A stretch of 64,000 nt of DNA from Dipteris shenzhenensis (lineage: Eukaryota): assembly GCA_047967505.1 (NCBI GenBank), contig CM106538.1. The stretch is one strand, 5' to 3'. The notes below the pieces were generated by a model. That model searched no databases. It was not told the origin of the DNA and saw only the letters and a program-made list of their open reading frames with translations. The translations under genes were made by a program, and so were the position numbers. Of this stretch, positions 1 to 12,800 are shown one piece after another (position 1 is the first letter of the stretch; each line of letters begins with the position of its first letter).

Positions 1-2640
1 TGTAGAGACTTGGCTTCTCAGAGAGATGGATCATAGGGGTCTCTGCCCTTTATGCAGGAATCTCTAGCCAGATGATCATTGGGGGACACACATGAGATGC
101 CTTTTCTCTTTCTCATTCGTGAGTTAGAGCTGCCCTCTTGCCCCCTACCTCTTTCTTTTCATAGCAGAGACATTAGCTTACTTTTTGCGCTTGCAAGCAT
201 CAAGCCTCATAGGGATGAGGCTCCTAATCTGACAGGAGGAGGAGCATATACACTTCAAGTTTGCAAATGATATAACCTTGTAATAGGAGGGTTTAGCATC
301 TAGTCTAGGGAGGGTCAGAGGGGCCCTAGCTATCTATTGCGAGGCTTTCGGAGCTTGCATCAATCAGACAAAATCTATTTCACAAGCGTAAAGGTGGTCC
401 AAGAGGTCTCAGATTGGGGACTGATTTTGGCTTTTGCTAGATCTTGAGAGGACAAACAACGAGATACTTAGGAAGCTAGGTTGGCATTGATATCTAGGCA
501 GAGCAACAGTTTTGTAGTTTTTAAGAAAGCTCGGCACAAGATCTTGTACTGGAGCTCGACCAAACTCTCCCTAGCCGGTAGAGCATTGGTGGTAAAGCAA
601 GCCCTACTTGACATGGCTGGTACATTGCATTTGCTGGTGTTTCCACCGGGGTTGAATGGGGCAGTTGAGACACTTGGTGCATAATTTTCTATGGGTAGGA
701 TTGGCTGGCACACACAATACGGGAGCTAGAGTAGCTTGGCAGAGAGTAATCATGCCACGGGCATGTGGTAGACTAGGCATTATTAGTCCAGAGATGCAGA
801 GTAGGGGTAAGTTGGTGGTACGAGGCCTCACCCCAAGAATGGAACCCTAGGGGCTTCTTCTCTAGTGGGGGCTTCTCAGGAACACTCCCCGGACATGAGG
901 TTAGTGGTAACAGTCTCAAGAGTCAAAGGTGGATCTTCTCTGAGGCTCCCTTGATGGGGAAAAGGCTCTCCTTTGATGAGGAGGGTTTTAGAGTATGGTA
1001 GAGATTAGCAAAGGGCCTGATATGGGCCAGGTGTTCTTACAAGGAAGAGTTTGAGAGAGAGACACTCATATGGCACCCAGAGGTCTGGGACTTAGAGGGA
1101 TGCATGCTAGGTTAGTGGACACACATTGTATGGGCACAGTGGGATAGTGGTCTAGCCAGATCCTTCAAGGCTTGGAGGTACCTCCCCCAGGAGTCAAAGG
1201 CTAGAACGCAAGCCATCTCTCACTTGAGGGGGTAGGCATCTGGATGGCAGAGATTGATGCTACGATCTTGGATTCCTAGTGGCAGGGATTACGGATCCCT
1301 AGAACTCGCACTACTAGTCAGGGCAGTTTTCACGGATAGGTGCACCTCTTAGGATTTGTTTCTTTTGGGAGTCTCTGAGGTCTTGTCACCAGATATTCTC
1401 CACGGTTGGATTAGGAGGCTTACTGCATTAGAGACATATCCAGATGATGAGGCAAAGGCAGCCTTGGAGGGGTTGGAGTGGCAGAGAGTTAGGATAGTGG
1501 GTTGCTTGGGCAAGACTTGGTTCATAGATCCCACCATAATTTTATTAAACTCGGAGCGAGCAGTGTGGCACCTGTTGCTTTGGGTGGGCAGACCTCGTTG
1601 TGACATATAGTGGGATCCGAGAGAGTGGTCCGGGCCAGCCCGAGTAGGGCACTCAAACAAGGTAGAGGGGGTCTCTTTATTGGGCATCGGCTATACAGCT
1701 CGAGATAGCATCATGGACCCCCTCAAGGGAATGACACTGGATTGAGCAAGATGTCCCAAGAGAGGTTACCTCCTGCTTCTAGCCCCCCGGTTTGTGGCCA
1801 CGCAAGATCTCGTAGTTGATGGTGCATGGTAGTCTGCCCATTGGCCCCTGGCTAGAGCAGATGCGGGTAGATGGCATATGCATCTAGTGCTACGTGGAAG
1901 GAGTTATGCAAATGATTTCCCATTGTCTTTGGTGATGCTAGGTCACACAAAAGATCTAGCTGGCCTCCCTTAGAATCATGGCCATCATGCATTGGATATA
2001 AAGGGACTTTACTTGGTGGATGGTAGGCTGGCTCACGGAGGGAGGACATGCCTTCTCAATCTCACCGATGTATAGGATTCATGGGCAACACATTTCCCGG
2101 ATTGAGATCTATGATGAATGGACGCCTTCTGGATCATGCTCGTCACCTTCACCAGAGGATAGTGTTTGGGAGACAGTGTCTAGCATTACTGCTTGGAACA
2201 TTTGGATGGCTCGAGATGGGAGGCCAGCTGGTCACTCTGGCGGCTATCCTAGTTGTCACTTGGTAGGACATCATTTTCACCTTGCAAGCCATAGGAATCT
2301 TTTCAGGCTGCTCGCCATAGGAATTATTTGGGTCGCTCGGTACTCCAGGATCGAGAGCGACCGTTGAAAGGCGGTAGGAGCATTTTACATGAATCTTTTA
2401 CACCCTTTCTGTGAGGGGTATTTTCTAGATGTATGGACCACCACCTTGGTTGCTAGCTCCTGTTTCAGAGTCTCTCTAGGCAGTGACATGGGAGATTCGT
2501 TGACTTTCCTCTAGCTAGCAACTAGTTCGTTTTATTGCGTACTTACCATCCTCAGCTTCTTTCGGAAGCTATTTGTATGGTGTTTTAAAGCATTAATAGA
2601 ATTTTCTTTTCTTTGGAAAAAAAGAAAGAAAAAAGAACCC
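1..2640 (+). mobile_element. Decayed non-LTR retrotransposon (LINE, L1/Tx1-like): RT C-terminal and downstream region, 5' end beyond window
   Basis: Broken frames give plant LINE ORF2 motifs: HFKFANDITL (~250-280, degenerate FADD), KILYWSSTKLSLAGRALVVKQ (ORF 481-684) and HNFLWVG...ARVAWQRVIMPRACGRLG (ORF 656-850). There are many stops and frameshifts, and an A-rich tail at ~2617-2637. Confidence 0.75.
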
Positions 2641-2789
2641 TTCTTCTTATGATACGTGCCTACTAAAAAAATCCCCTTTCCTTGCATGCACGTGGTTGGT
2701 ATCAAATTAAAAGTGAATCCTGCTGGATTAGGTCCTCGATGTAATGTCATTGAAGGAATGCCTCTACGTCCCACCCCCCCACCCTGCCC

Positions 2790-3150
2790 TCCCCTTTAAG
2801 TTAATTCTCAGTTAATTATTGTTTACCTTTTTCAATATCCCCCTCACTAAGTAATTATTCTTTCAACATCATTTTTTTTACCTCTTTCAATGTCCCTCTC
2901 ACTAAGAAATCATCCTTTCTATATCATTTTTTATTTTTTGTTGATATATGGGACATACACTAAGTTGTTTTTGAAAGCCTTAAATTTTTATACTTTCAAT
3001 GATCTAGTCTTTCAAGTACAAGGAGGGTACACATCATGCAATTTTCTTTTTGAGCAAGGACTTAAGAGGAGGTGCATACAATCCATAAGCATTGATCAGT
3101 CACCTTTAGCAAATAATATACCAATACAAGCTAAGCACAATGATTGTGCA
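2790..3150 (+). repeat. Unclassified dispersed repeat, copy 1 (partial copy at ~4333-4453; inverted copy at ~17640-17995)
   Basis: Blocks TTGTTGATATATGGGACATA, GTACACATCATGCAATTTTC and GGTGCATA.AATCCATAAGCAT recur reverse-complemented at 17640-17995. The GAGGGTACACATCATGC block recurs directly near 4434. Confidence 0.7.
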
Positions 3151-3249
3151 TGACTACATGCATGAGCATAGTGGTTATGCAATGAAATAATGTACATAAA
3201 GGAGCAATCTTCTCCTTCTCTTAAGTTGTAGCCAACTTTGGCAAATGCC

Positions 3250-4330
3250 AAGATATAGTAAGAAATACTAAATTTGTTAAGGGAAAGTGGTTTGGTGTAG
3301 CTATCTTGTCTTGGGTCAGAACATGGACAAGACCTATCTCACTTACTAAGAACTTTTTTTCTAATAAAATGATAATGTATCTCCATGTGATTTGTTTTGG
3401 CACAAAAAATTGGTCATATTATACTTATTGTTCTTTACTAGTTGGATATTGTTCCTATTGTATGAATAAAGTGGTGTTGGAAATCATTAGGGACTTTTAA
3501 TTTCTAATAGAAGTTTTCTAAACTATACTGTTTCACATGCCAAATTTGTTCGTCCTTACTTTGTAGATGATAAAGCTATAGTTGGTTGTTTCGTGCTTTG
3601 CCATCACAAGGCTACAAAAGCAAGACTAAAGAAATTTCACTTATGCATCCCTTTCATCCAAATGACCATCCCAAGCGTGGTTGATATATTCATAAACTGA
3701 GATCTAATAATCTATCATGTTTTATACCATAATCCCATTTTACGAACTCTTCTAGCTTTATATAGAATAGGATTCATATTATGAGATTTATCATAAGTTG
3801 AGAGCCAGATATTTTGTTCTATGGGAATTGGAAAAACTTTACAATCATGAAAATAAAATTGCTTCAAGAAATTTTGCATGTATTTTCCTTATATCATCAA
3901 GATGAGATTTTTTATTCTTCATATTTTTATGTCAAAAAAGTAGTGGATACTAAGAGTTTTTGCTTAAATTTGGAGTGAGTTTTTGCTTAACTTTTGAGAT
4001 GAGCTCTCCATTTGACTTACTATGATCAAGTCGGCAAGATATCACATAACAAGAACTATGTACTATATCGTGTTCTTAATGTAAAGTGATAGAGCATAAA
4101 AATTTAAGACCCATTATAAGAAAATGACGACTCTTGTGATTCCATGCCCATGGTGCATCCTTATAAAGATTGGTGAAATTCACAAACGCTATCTTCCTAT
4201 TCTTTGACAATATACCCTTCATGATGTGTCATGTATATCTCTTCATCCTAATAACATTCAAGAATTCCTTTTTCACATCCATTTAATGGATGGCCAACCA
4301 AAATGAGAAGCAAGGATGGGCCAATCAAAT
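3250..4330 (-). mobile_element. Highly decayed Ty1/Copia RT-RNase H fragment
   Basis: Minus-strand translation gives WLAIH*MDVKKEFLN (~4260-4300; cf. WxIHQMDVKxAFLNG), LYKDAPWAWNHK (~4135-4170) and PIFCAKTNHMEIHYHFIRKKV (~3350-3413; cf. PVFHARTKHIEIHYHFIREKV). Confidence 0.7.
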
Positions 4331-6633
4331 GGCACATAGACTTCATCATGTACAAAGTGTATCAGTTGACACAAAGTTGTATTTGAAAGTTTTAATTTTT
4401 ACAACTTGACTCATCAAGTCTTTGAAGTATAAAGAGGGTACACATCATGCGATTGAATCTTGATACTTTATTTGGAGTTGAAAGAAGCTACAATAAAAAA
4501 CAACTTTTGTGTTGAAAGGTTGTAAGTACATATGTATATCCCACAATCTGGGTAAATGTAAAAAGTTAGTTCTGTTGATGCTTTCTCAAAGGGCTAGATA
4601 TGATTAGCTTGGTTAAAGAAAAGAACATCATGCCATGTGCAATAAAGTTGGCACAGTTTCATGATGATTCTCCTTACTGAGGATTGAATGATAGATTGGT
4701 GGCCACATATTATATGGAAGGGGTGGATAGGGGGCGACATCGTTGATTGGAGTGGGTGGGTGACATTAAGAATGGGTTCCCATCACTAGGGGAGAGATAC
4801 AAGATCAAGATGGAATTTTATAGAATCTCATCCTTGTAAAATTCATGGTATCACTTCCGATCATACATCCGATCCAAGAAACCCTCTGAGGGTTGCTCTA
4901 GTTTATGATATTTCATGATGTTGTAACTATTTCTAGCTTGCATTTATGGTTGGCATGTCTCTTGTTTGTGTAGACTTCTTTCAAGAGCCTCTCTTCTTCA
5001 TGTATACTCCATAGAAGAGCCTCCTAAAAGATGGGTGGTGTTGGCTTGGCAAAGGATATGCTAACAATTCTACTTGGAGACCTTACAAAAGTATCAACAA
5101 AAACCATCCTCCATCCCTCTTGACCAAGTAATAGTTTTTTGACTTTATGGGATTCTTGGGAGATAGCATAGTTTTACGTGAAAAATGATTGGATAGTGGA
5201 AGGATGGCAAAAAGAGTATGTAAGGCTTTACTTTCCTACTGATATATTCAACTTGCACCTTTTAGAACCGTCATGGGGAATTGTGAGTTGCATGTTTTGA
5301 TTTCGTGTTAAAGTATGTGGTGCCCTCAAGTGAGATAGTGATCCACTTTATAATCTAGTTAAATAACGTTAGGTTGTAATTGCAAGTCTTTTCTAGTGGT
5401 TAGTTTATGTGGGCAAGGAAAGAGAGAAATGAGAAAATCTCTCCACTTTTCAGATGATTGAGGTACGGCATAGTGATATTTTAACATATAACATAAAGAG
5501 AAAGTGGAGGGGGCGGGGCCCAAGGAGGGGAAAGGTTTTGTTGGATGTGGAGGTACAAAACAAACACGGCTCAAAGAAATTCGAGAGGATGGTGTGTTGT
5601 GTGTTAAAGGGACTCCCCAAATGGATGGTTGGGAGGGACATCCACGTGTAACGTATAGAGAGGAAACCTTGATTGCCACCTTGTCCTATAGCGCTCCACT
5701 TGTACCATGCATCATTCGCTGGCAGGGCCCCGGATCTTTGCTAAAGCGCGTCCGACGTGGCATGCGAATGCACGCAAGCCGTCCTTTTCGCGGCCCTTTT
5801 GACAAAACAAAAGAAGTGGGGGGCCAGGCTGGCGCTACGTGGCGCGGCGGGGGAAGCGAAGTGAGCGCGGATATTCTGAGGGGCGATGGATGATGTGGAG
5901 CAGAGCGGGGCCCGCAGAAGGTTATCGTGGCGTGGAAAGGGCACCGGACAATTATATACACCAGGTAGCTAGCTGAGTCAGCAGGTTGTAAACGGCCGGT
6001 GAGGGAAAAAAATAAAAAATAAAAAAGAATTATTGCTTTTTGTAGGAGGGGCGAAGCACGTTTCTTCAAGGCCTTGAAGAGGGCATTTGCACACATGTGG
6101 GGGCAGTCCTTATCCACAAAGCATTTAATAAGTTTAATTTTAAAATAAAAACAAAAAAAAACCCGCCGCCAGCGTGGAGGCCGAGGCACGCGTGAGATCG
6201 ACAGCTGGACACTCCCGGCGCTCTCTCCGCGTGCCACCTGGCCAGAGACCCACCGGCAAGGCACGTTTATATATATATATATATTGAGCGTAGGTGGTAG
6301 GTCGTTGCTGTGGGGGGTTTGCTGGCGTGACACGTGGGCGGCACGAGCGGCAAGGGGGGGCGACGGGCTGCAGCCCGTAGGACGACCGGCGAATGCCAGT
6401 GGAGAAACGGTTAAAAAGTTCGCGAGCAAAGGCATTTCACCGGGGAAAAGGGACCCGTTTACCAAAAAGGGTCCCCGGTTATTAGGAGGGGGCGAAGGGT
6501 CCAAATGTAGCGGTGGTTATAACGAAGGGGCGTCGTGTTTCTCGCGGGGGGCGTCGTACTCAAACCAGGGATCGACCAAGGGAGAGGGGGTCAGATCCGT
6601 TCTTTAATTTAGCAGGGACCGCTAAAATTGGCC

Positions 6634-6640
6634 TATAAAT
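6634..6640 (+). promoter_or_regulatory. Candidate TATA box of DPE2
   Basis: TATAAAT ~200 bp upstream of the ATG, followed by a CT-rich leader typical of plant 5' UTRs. ACGTG (G-box/ABRE-like) motifs lie upstream at ~5837 and ~6332. Confidence 0.45.
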
Positions 6641-6831
6641 GGCTAACCAATTCTACTCGCAAATCTTTCTTTCTTCGCCACCTTCGTCTTCCTCTGCCCC
6701 CTCTTCCCCTTCCTCTCCGTCTTCTCCATTTTCTGAGCTTCGCCATCGCCATAGCCATAGCCAAAGCTTCGCCATAGCCATCTCTTCTCCATAGCCTCAC
6801 TCTCCCGATCTCCCCCCCTTTCCTTCCATCT

Positions 6832-9800
6832 ATGGCCTCCTCCTACCCCTCCTCCTCCCCCTTCCTCCGCCTCAAACGCTTCTCTCTCCTCCTCCGTATC
6901 CCCTACTTCACCCATTGGGGCCATCGCCTCGCCCTCCTCGGCTCCCACCCCTCCCTCGGTGAATGGGACCTCGCCCGCTCCCTCCCCTTGTCGCCTCACC
7001 ACCACGGCCAGGAGCTCTACTGGACCGCCGTGCTCCCTGTCTCCCCCGGCTTCCAGACCGATTACAGCTATTGCGTCGTCGACGAGAAGCTCGACGTCGT
7101 CCGGCGGGAGTCCGGTAGTCCGCGTTCCTTCGTTCTGCGGGAAGATCTTCCCGACGGCGCGTCCGTGGAGATCAATGATTTGTGGCAGGTACATTTCAAC
7201 TTGCGAGTTCTTATTCTCGATTCGAGAATTTTTTTTTTTTTTTTTTGGGGGGGGGGGTCCCGCGGAATATGCGAAGCACTGCGCTGAAGGATGTAGATCT
7301 AGGAATTAATGTCTGCGGTGCGGTCTCTGGTCGTTGTTCATTCTAATGGAATTCACGGTCCTCGCATGAACTTTCCTTTGAGGTGTATGCACGCGAAAAA
7401 AATTATGTCATGCAGTAGAGAATCAGCAGGCTGATTCGTAATCCTTAGATATTATAACGTCGAGACGGCAAAAACATGCGAGGTCGTTCAGGTTGTAAGG
7501 GAGGATATGCAACGAACGGCCCCCTGCGAAGGTAAACCCGTAACTGTGGCAGTCATTGAATCCAACAGATCTCTTTGGCAATTACTTCAGCTTCGAGAAT
7601 TAAATAGATCGACTTTCGAGGAAATTCCATTAGTCTTGACCGCTTTCAACCGTTTGTGTGTTTTGGTCGGTTCTACCATTTTGCGCTGCACTAATATGTT
7701 TTAGTTCGCAACTACTTTGGTGAAGTTGATGCTTGATTTCCAATCAGTTGTTTGTGTTAAAGATCCGGGGGGTGGGGGGGCGGGGCGACTGCGTACAGGT
7801 TATTCCCAGTAGAGACTAGATTCCAACAATCCAATTCTAGCATTCAGCGAATTGAAATTTACAGCGCGTTGTATTCGAAAATGCTTCTGAACGGAAGATT
7901 TTGGATTTACTAGAATAACCGCAAGATTGAAAAAGTTGGAAATTAGATGAGAGGGGGACTAAGAAAAGGAGCACGTATTCCACTTTGTAGTTTTGTTTGA
8001 AGCGTCTTCCTTCGCTTTCACTGTTGACATAATTCCCTCTCAGAAATTTGCCAATCGTTGCCGGGAATAAGGTCTGCTATATATTATGTCGTCCATCTTT
8101 TCCTTGGGTTTTTCTTCTTTATCATTATTTTTTGTCGTCAAATGGAGCGTGTGATTGGTCCAAACTTTACTTACGATAACGCTTCTTACTGTCCTGGAGT
8201 GCCGTTAGTCATCGATTTAAGATGTCCCTATGCTGTCAAGAAAGTTTTCCATATGTTAGCTTAGCAAGGGCTGATGCAGCCTGCTTGAACGTTCCATATA
8301 GCAGCTTAGCAAGGGCTGATGCAGCCTGGTTGATCTAGTGAAGGATGCCTTTTGGCATAAGATAACCCTTTTGATGGAGTATTCTTTGAGTCTGTATTGT
8401 TGTCTTGCCTTGCCTTAATTCTTTTAGGAGAACGTAGGTATGCTTTTGCAGAGTGGGATTTGCAGATGGATTTGGTTATTGACGGTTTGAACTGCATGCA
8501 GGATGCTTCATCTCCAGAAAGTTTTCTTTCAAAGAGTGCCTTTCGAAATGCTATCTTTCATCATAATGGAGCTGATGAACATGACATGGAAATGCCACAG
8601 AAAGACATGGTTCCTGTTATGCCTTGTACTCTCAACTTACAAGGTAAGAGACTTGGAGTTTTTAAGCATTTGTTCTCTTGTTGATTGTCCAGACTTCTTT
8701 TTTATAAACCTTCTACCTGGAGGCAGAGCCTTTTTGTGAATGTCCACGCAATGAAAAACGCAGGCACCCTTTCCTCATGGTTCAGTTTGGAAAATATTTC
8801 CACCGTAGGTGTGACCTCTTCGTTATTTTTGTGAATGTCCACGCAATGAAAAACGCAGGCACCCTTTCCTCATGATTCAGTTTGGAAAATATTTTCACCG
8901 TAGGTGTGACCTCTTCGTTATTTTTGTGTGAACTTCATGCTGTTGTAGAATAAAGCCCCTTGCCTTTCCTTTCACTGAGTTTCCTTTTAAAGGTGGTAGT
9001 TAACTTTTTTTAGGAGAACATGTTTTTTTGCATTGCCTTTAGCACTTGATCAGGCTGATTGATTGCTGTGAAGGGCTTCTGCTAGATGCCATTTGCTTAA
9101 ACCAAGCTTTTTTTGCCAGATTTCTGCAGCTCGTTCTGACAGTTTTGGGCCAATGGCCTCTGCTAGATGCTGCTGCAGTGGATTAATTGCTTGGGTGTCA
9201 TGTCAATGTTGTTTTGATTGTTATTTGATACGTGTATATGCCCTTGAATAGTGAAAGGCTCATGTATTTTCTGCTTTGTGACAGATTCTGTACTGGTTCA
9301 ATTTAAAATCAGTTGCCCACGGCTACAAAGTGGTCAATCAGTAAGTGATTGGTTACTCTCATGCTTCTTTTCACTCGCCCATCTTTTCATGTCTTGTGAG
9401 CTATATAGATTCAGAACAAAAGCTATCTGGATATAAGATCTGAATATTGTCGGATGGATTATTGAAGCTTTTCTTCTTGTATACTCGCTTTTGGTCCCAG
9501 CATGTATATCATACAAAAATATGTGTATAATATGAGGGATTGCTGGGCTCATAATTACCGAAACAATATTTTTTCTGTTGGTACTCTTTGTCTGCTGGTA
9601 CTCTGTATTGAAAACAAGAAGCGGATTTGTACTGTTTTTCTCAGTGTTATCGAGCCCTTTTTCTAAGATTGAATGGCATTTGTTGAAAATTGTAAATGAA
9701 CATTTTGGAGGAAGCTGCATTGTTCCAGTTGAGATTTTATTCGAGCAATTTCTCTAATACGTTTAAGACCTTTGCAGGTCCATTTGACTGGTGTAGCAGC

Positions 9801-12800
9801 AGCGTTAGGAAAATGGGACCTCGGAAAAGCATTGAGGTTGACAGCTGTGGGAGGCTCTTGTTGGCAGGGAGAGTGTGCCCTGAAAAGAAGTGAATTTCCC
9901 TTAAGATATCCTTGCACTTTTTCATTCCTTGATACAAGTGCTGGTAGTTTCTGTTTTAGGGGTTTTCCAGGCTGACTAGAATGCCTCTTACTGCTCGCAA
10001 GATCATTGGAGGTGTGTAGTTTTATGCCGGTTTGTGTTTGCCAGCCTCTGGGTTGGAAGAGCTGGTAAAAAATCTTGCATCTATTGTTAAAACTGATTTT
10101 TAAAAAGCACTAGGTCTTCTGCTTCATGTTTAAGGATGGGATTTGCTGTCCTTAATGATAGTGTACATATAAGTACATTGTAAAGGATCAAGCTGAGGTG
10201 ATTCCTGAGAGTGGACCAGACAGAGAATTATACTTTGATGGGTCCAGCAAAAAACAGCCTGCAATGATTATCATCTCCGACGGATATTTCAAGGTAACTG
10301 TTGTACCCAATGTGCTGCTCTAGTTTTCAAGAGTTACGACGTGGGCAAGCCCATTGTTTTGACAAGAGTTACGATGTGGGCAAGCCCATCATTTTGACAA
10401 GAGTCATTTTGGATTCTCAGTTGCTCTTGCTTTTCGGTGGTTTACCATTTGACCATATGACAACTGATCCGAATTCTCACCACAGGTGAATCCCTGGAGG
10501 GGTGCTGGTCTTGCTGTACCTGTATTTTCCATTAGATCCAAGGATGATGTTGGTGCTGGTGAATTTTTGGATCTAAAACTATTAGTTGACTTTGCCGTTG
10601 AATCAGGGTTGCACCTGATTCAATTACTACCTGTCAACGACACTTCTGTGAATGGGATGTGGTGGGACTCTTACCCATACAGGTAATTGACTATGATGAA
10701 AGCTGGGTTAGCTGTGAAAGTTGGTCATCCTGTTGTTAAGGATGTGATCACATGATCGTTCAGTATTTCATCAAAGTCATTCTGGAGTTCACAAATCCTT
10801 TTTCATCAAGGCTTTGCTGAAAGTTATTGTGGCATATAGCCTGCATTTCTATACAAACGTACATCTCAAGAAGTCTTTATTCCTTTGCTAGTTTTCATTG
10901 TCGTGCTGCATGTGGGTGACAGCTCATTGTCAGTTTTCGCATTGCATCCTCTATATCTACGCCTTCAACGACTTTCAGACAGTTTGCCTTTATCCATTAA
11001 GGTTAGATTTCTTTCTGTTATGAGTCATTTATCATTCATTCATGTGTGTATTTTGTAATCGAATTCATGTAAAGTTGAAGTTAAGGGTTATCTAAACTCT
11101 TCCATTGCAATATTTTTTTGCAGGAGGAAATTGATAGAGCAAAAGACAAACTTGATTTGAAGGTGGGTTCGGGCGTCGATGTGGAGAGTGCTTTTATTTC
11201 ACTCATGATGGATGCATGGGTGGAGAACTCATCTCCCTCATAGATCATGGAGGTCAAGGGTTGAGGGACTAAGGGTTTAGGGGGAGCATAGGAGTGGGAG
11301 AGGAAGAACGTGTATGAGCATGGGGGGGGAGCAGAGAGAGGAGAAGGGAGGAGGGAAGGAGAAGGAGGAGCAGTAGTAGGAGGAGGGAGGAGGAGGAGGG
11401 AGGAGGAGGGCGGAGGAGAACGGAGGAGGAGGAGGGGGGCGGACGAGGAGAGGGAGAGGATGGGTTGCAAGGTTGGAGGAGTTCTCATTCTTTTGGGACA
11501 AAGAAAGAGGAGAATAGGGACACTTGTCTTTACCACAATTGTATTTGTAGATCACCCTTTATCTTTCAACAAATTAAAAACTAAATGGGAACTTATGAAG
11601 ACCCCATCCTCGCTCCCCATTTTACTTGTGATACTCTGACTGAGAGGGTACAGTTTCTGCAAAAATTTTAAGGAGCACCTATGTAGGGTGATCCGGAAGA
11701 AGCACAAAGTTGAAGGAGGAAAGAAGGAGAATGCAAATGCAAATGCGTAGGGATCCTTAGGATGTCTCTAGACAAACCCCTCGCATTTGAAGAAGAGGTA
11801 TCAGAGTATCCCAGAGATGTAAGGTTTTCCAAGAAATGAATATGGAATCCAAAAAAATCCATAGGAGGAAGGGGCTTCAGATCATTTTTCTCTTGGACAA
11901 ATCAGTTCTTTCTTTTTGGCTCTTGATGATGAAATGGCTGAGCATTTAAACAACCACTTGAATAGAGTAACATACTCAGCTTTCAGACTTGCTGACATTC
12001 TTGTTGTGCTTTTATTATTACCAACTCTTTTTAGTCAGTAAGCAGCTTCGGCAAAAAATTTGTTTTTATGATTTTGTTCAATCTGACAAATTGTGGTAAA
12101 GGTCATAGGAACTTATTAGAGTCTTTTTGGGATGCAGCAAGTGGATTATGATGCCACTATGGCAACAAAACTTTCCATAGCAAAGAATGTTTTTCACTTG
12201 GAGAAGGATAAAGTGCTTGCATCTATTGCGTACCAAAACTTTTTCCAGGAAAATCAGGTATGGATATTCTAAGACTGGAAGACAATGCTGTTGAAGTTGT
12301 AGCCCAATTTTGAAGTTTTTCATATAGCTGTCATGGTCTGGAATCACTTGAAGTTATTGTCAGTTCTCTCTTTTGTGTACAGGAGTGGCTGAAACCCTAT
12401 GCAGCTTTTTGCTTCTTAAGGGATCTTTTCGGTACGTCTGACCACACACAGTGGGGAGTATACTCCACATTTTCACAGGAGAAGGTAACATCTTGTGCTG
12501 GAACTGCAAGGGTTCTTGTATGGATGAATAAATATTTGGATTATTGCTGTAGAATCAGGAAACGGGGATTATATTTAAAGTTATATTTTCATGTATTGTG
12601 CTGATTCACTCGTATTCTGTTATTTTCTTACCTTCCAGTTTTAGTGTTAATTCATCCCTTGTATACATATCTGGATCGTTTTCTTTGTTCAATGTTAGAT
12701 ATGATATTCTTCTTGCAAAAAAAGGATTTTATTTTCATGTGGTGTTATGGACTCAAAAGAATTGGATCTTTATATGTAGTTGGAGAAGCTGGTTGCTTCA

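Noticed and set aside
4460-5350. Possible further TE coding remnant
   Set aside because: I could not read a convincing motif in any frame, so it is left unannotated.
5686-7194. Minus-strand ORFs of 272 aa and 183 aa as a divergent or antisense gene
   Set aside because: They run through poly-T/TA tracts and the GC-rich promoter and first exon of DPE2, with no recognisable domain. They are shadow ORFs.
8258-8328. Small intronic duplications (also ~10340-10405 and ~18140-18181)
   Set aside because: Ordinary short slippage duplications with no sign of function.
11081-11639. Pro/Ser/Leu- or Glu/Arg/Gly-rich proteins sharing SMIYEGDEFST with ORFs at 54510-54927
   Set aside because: These are translations of the (GGA)n LTR-derived repeat. 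The shared peptide reflects DNA homology, not evidence of a protein.
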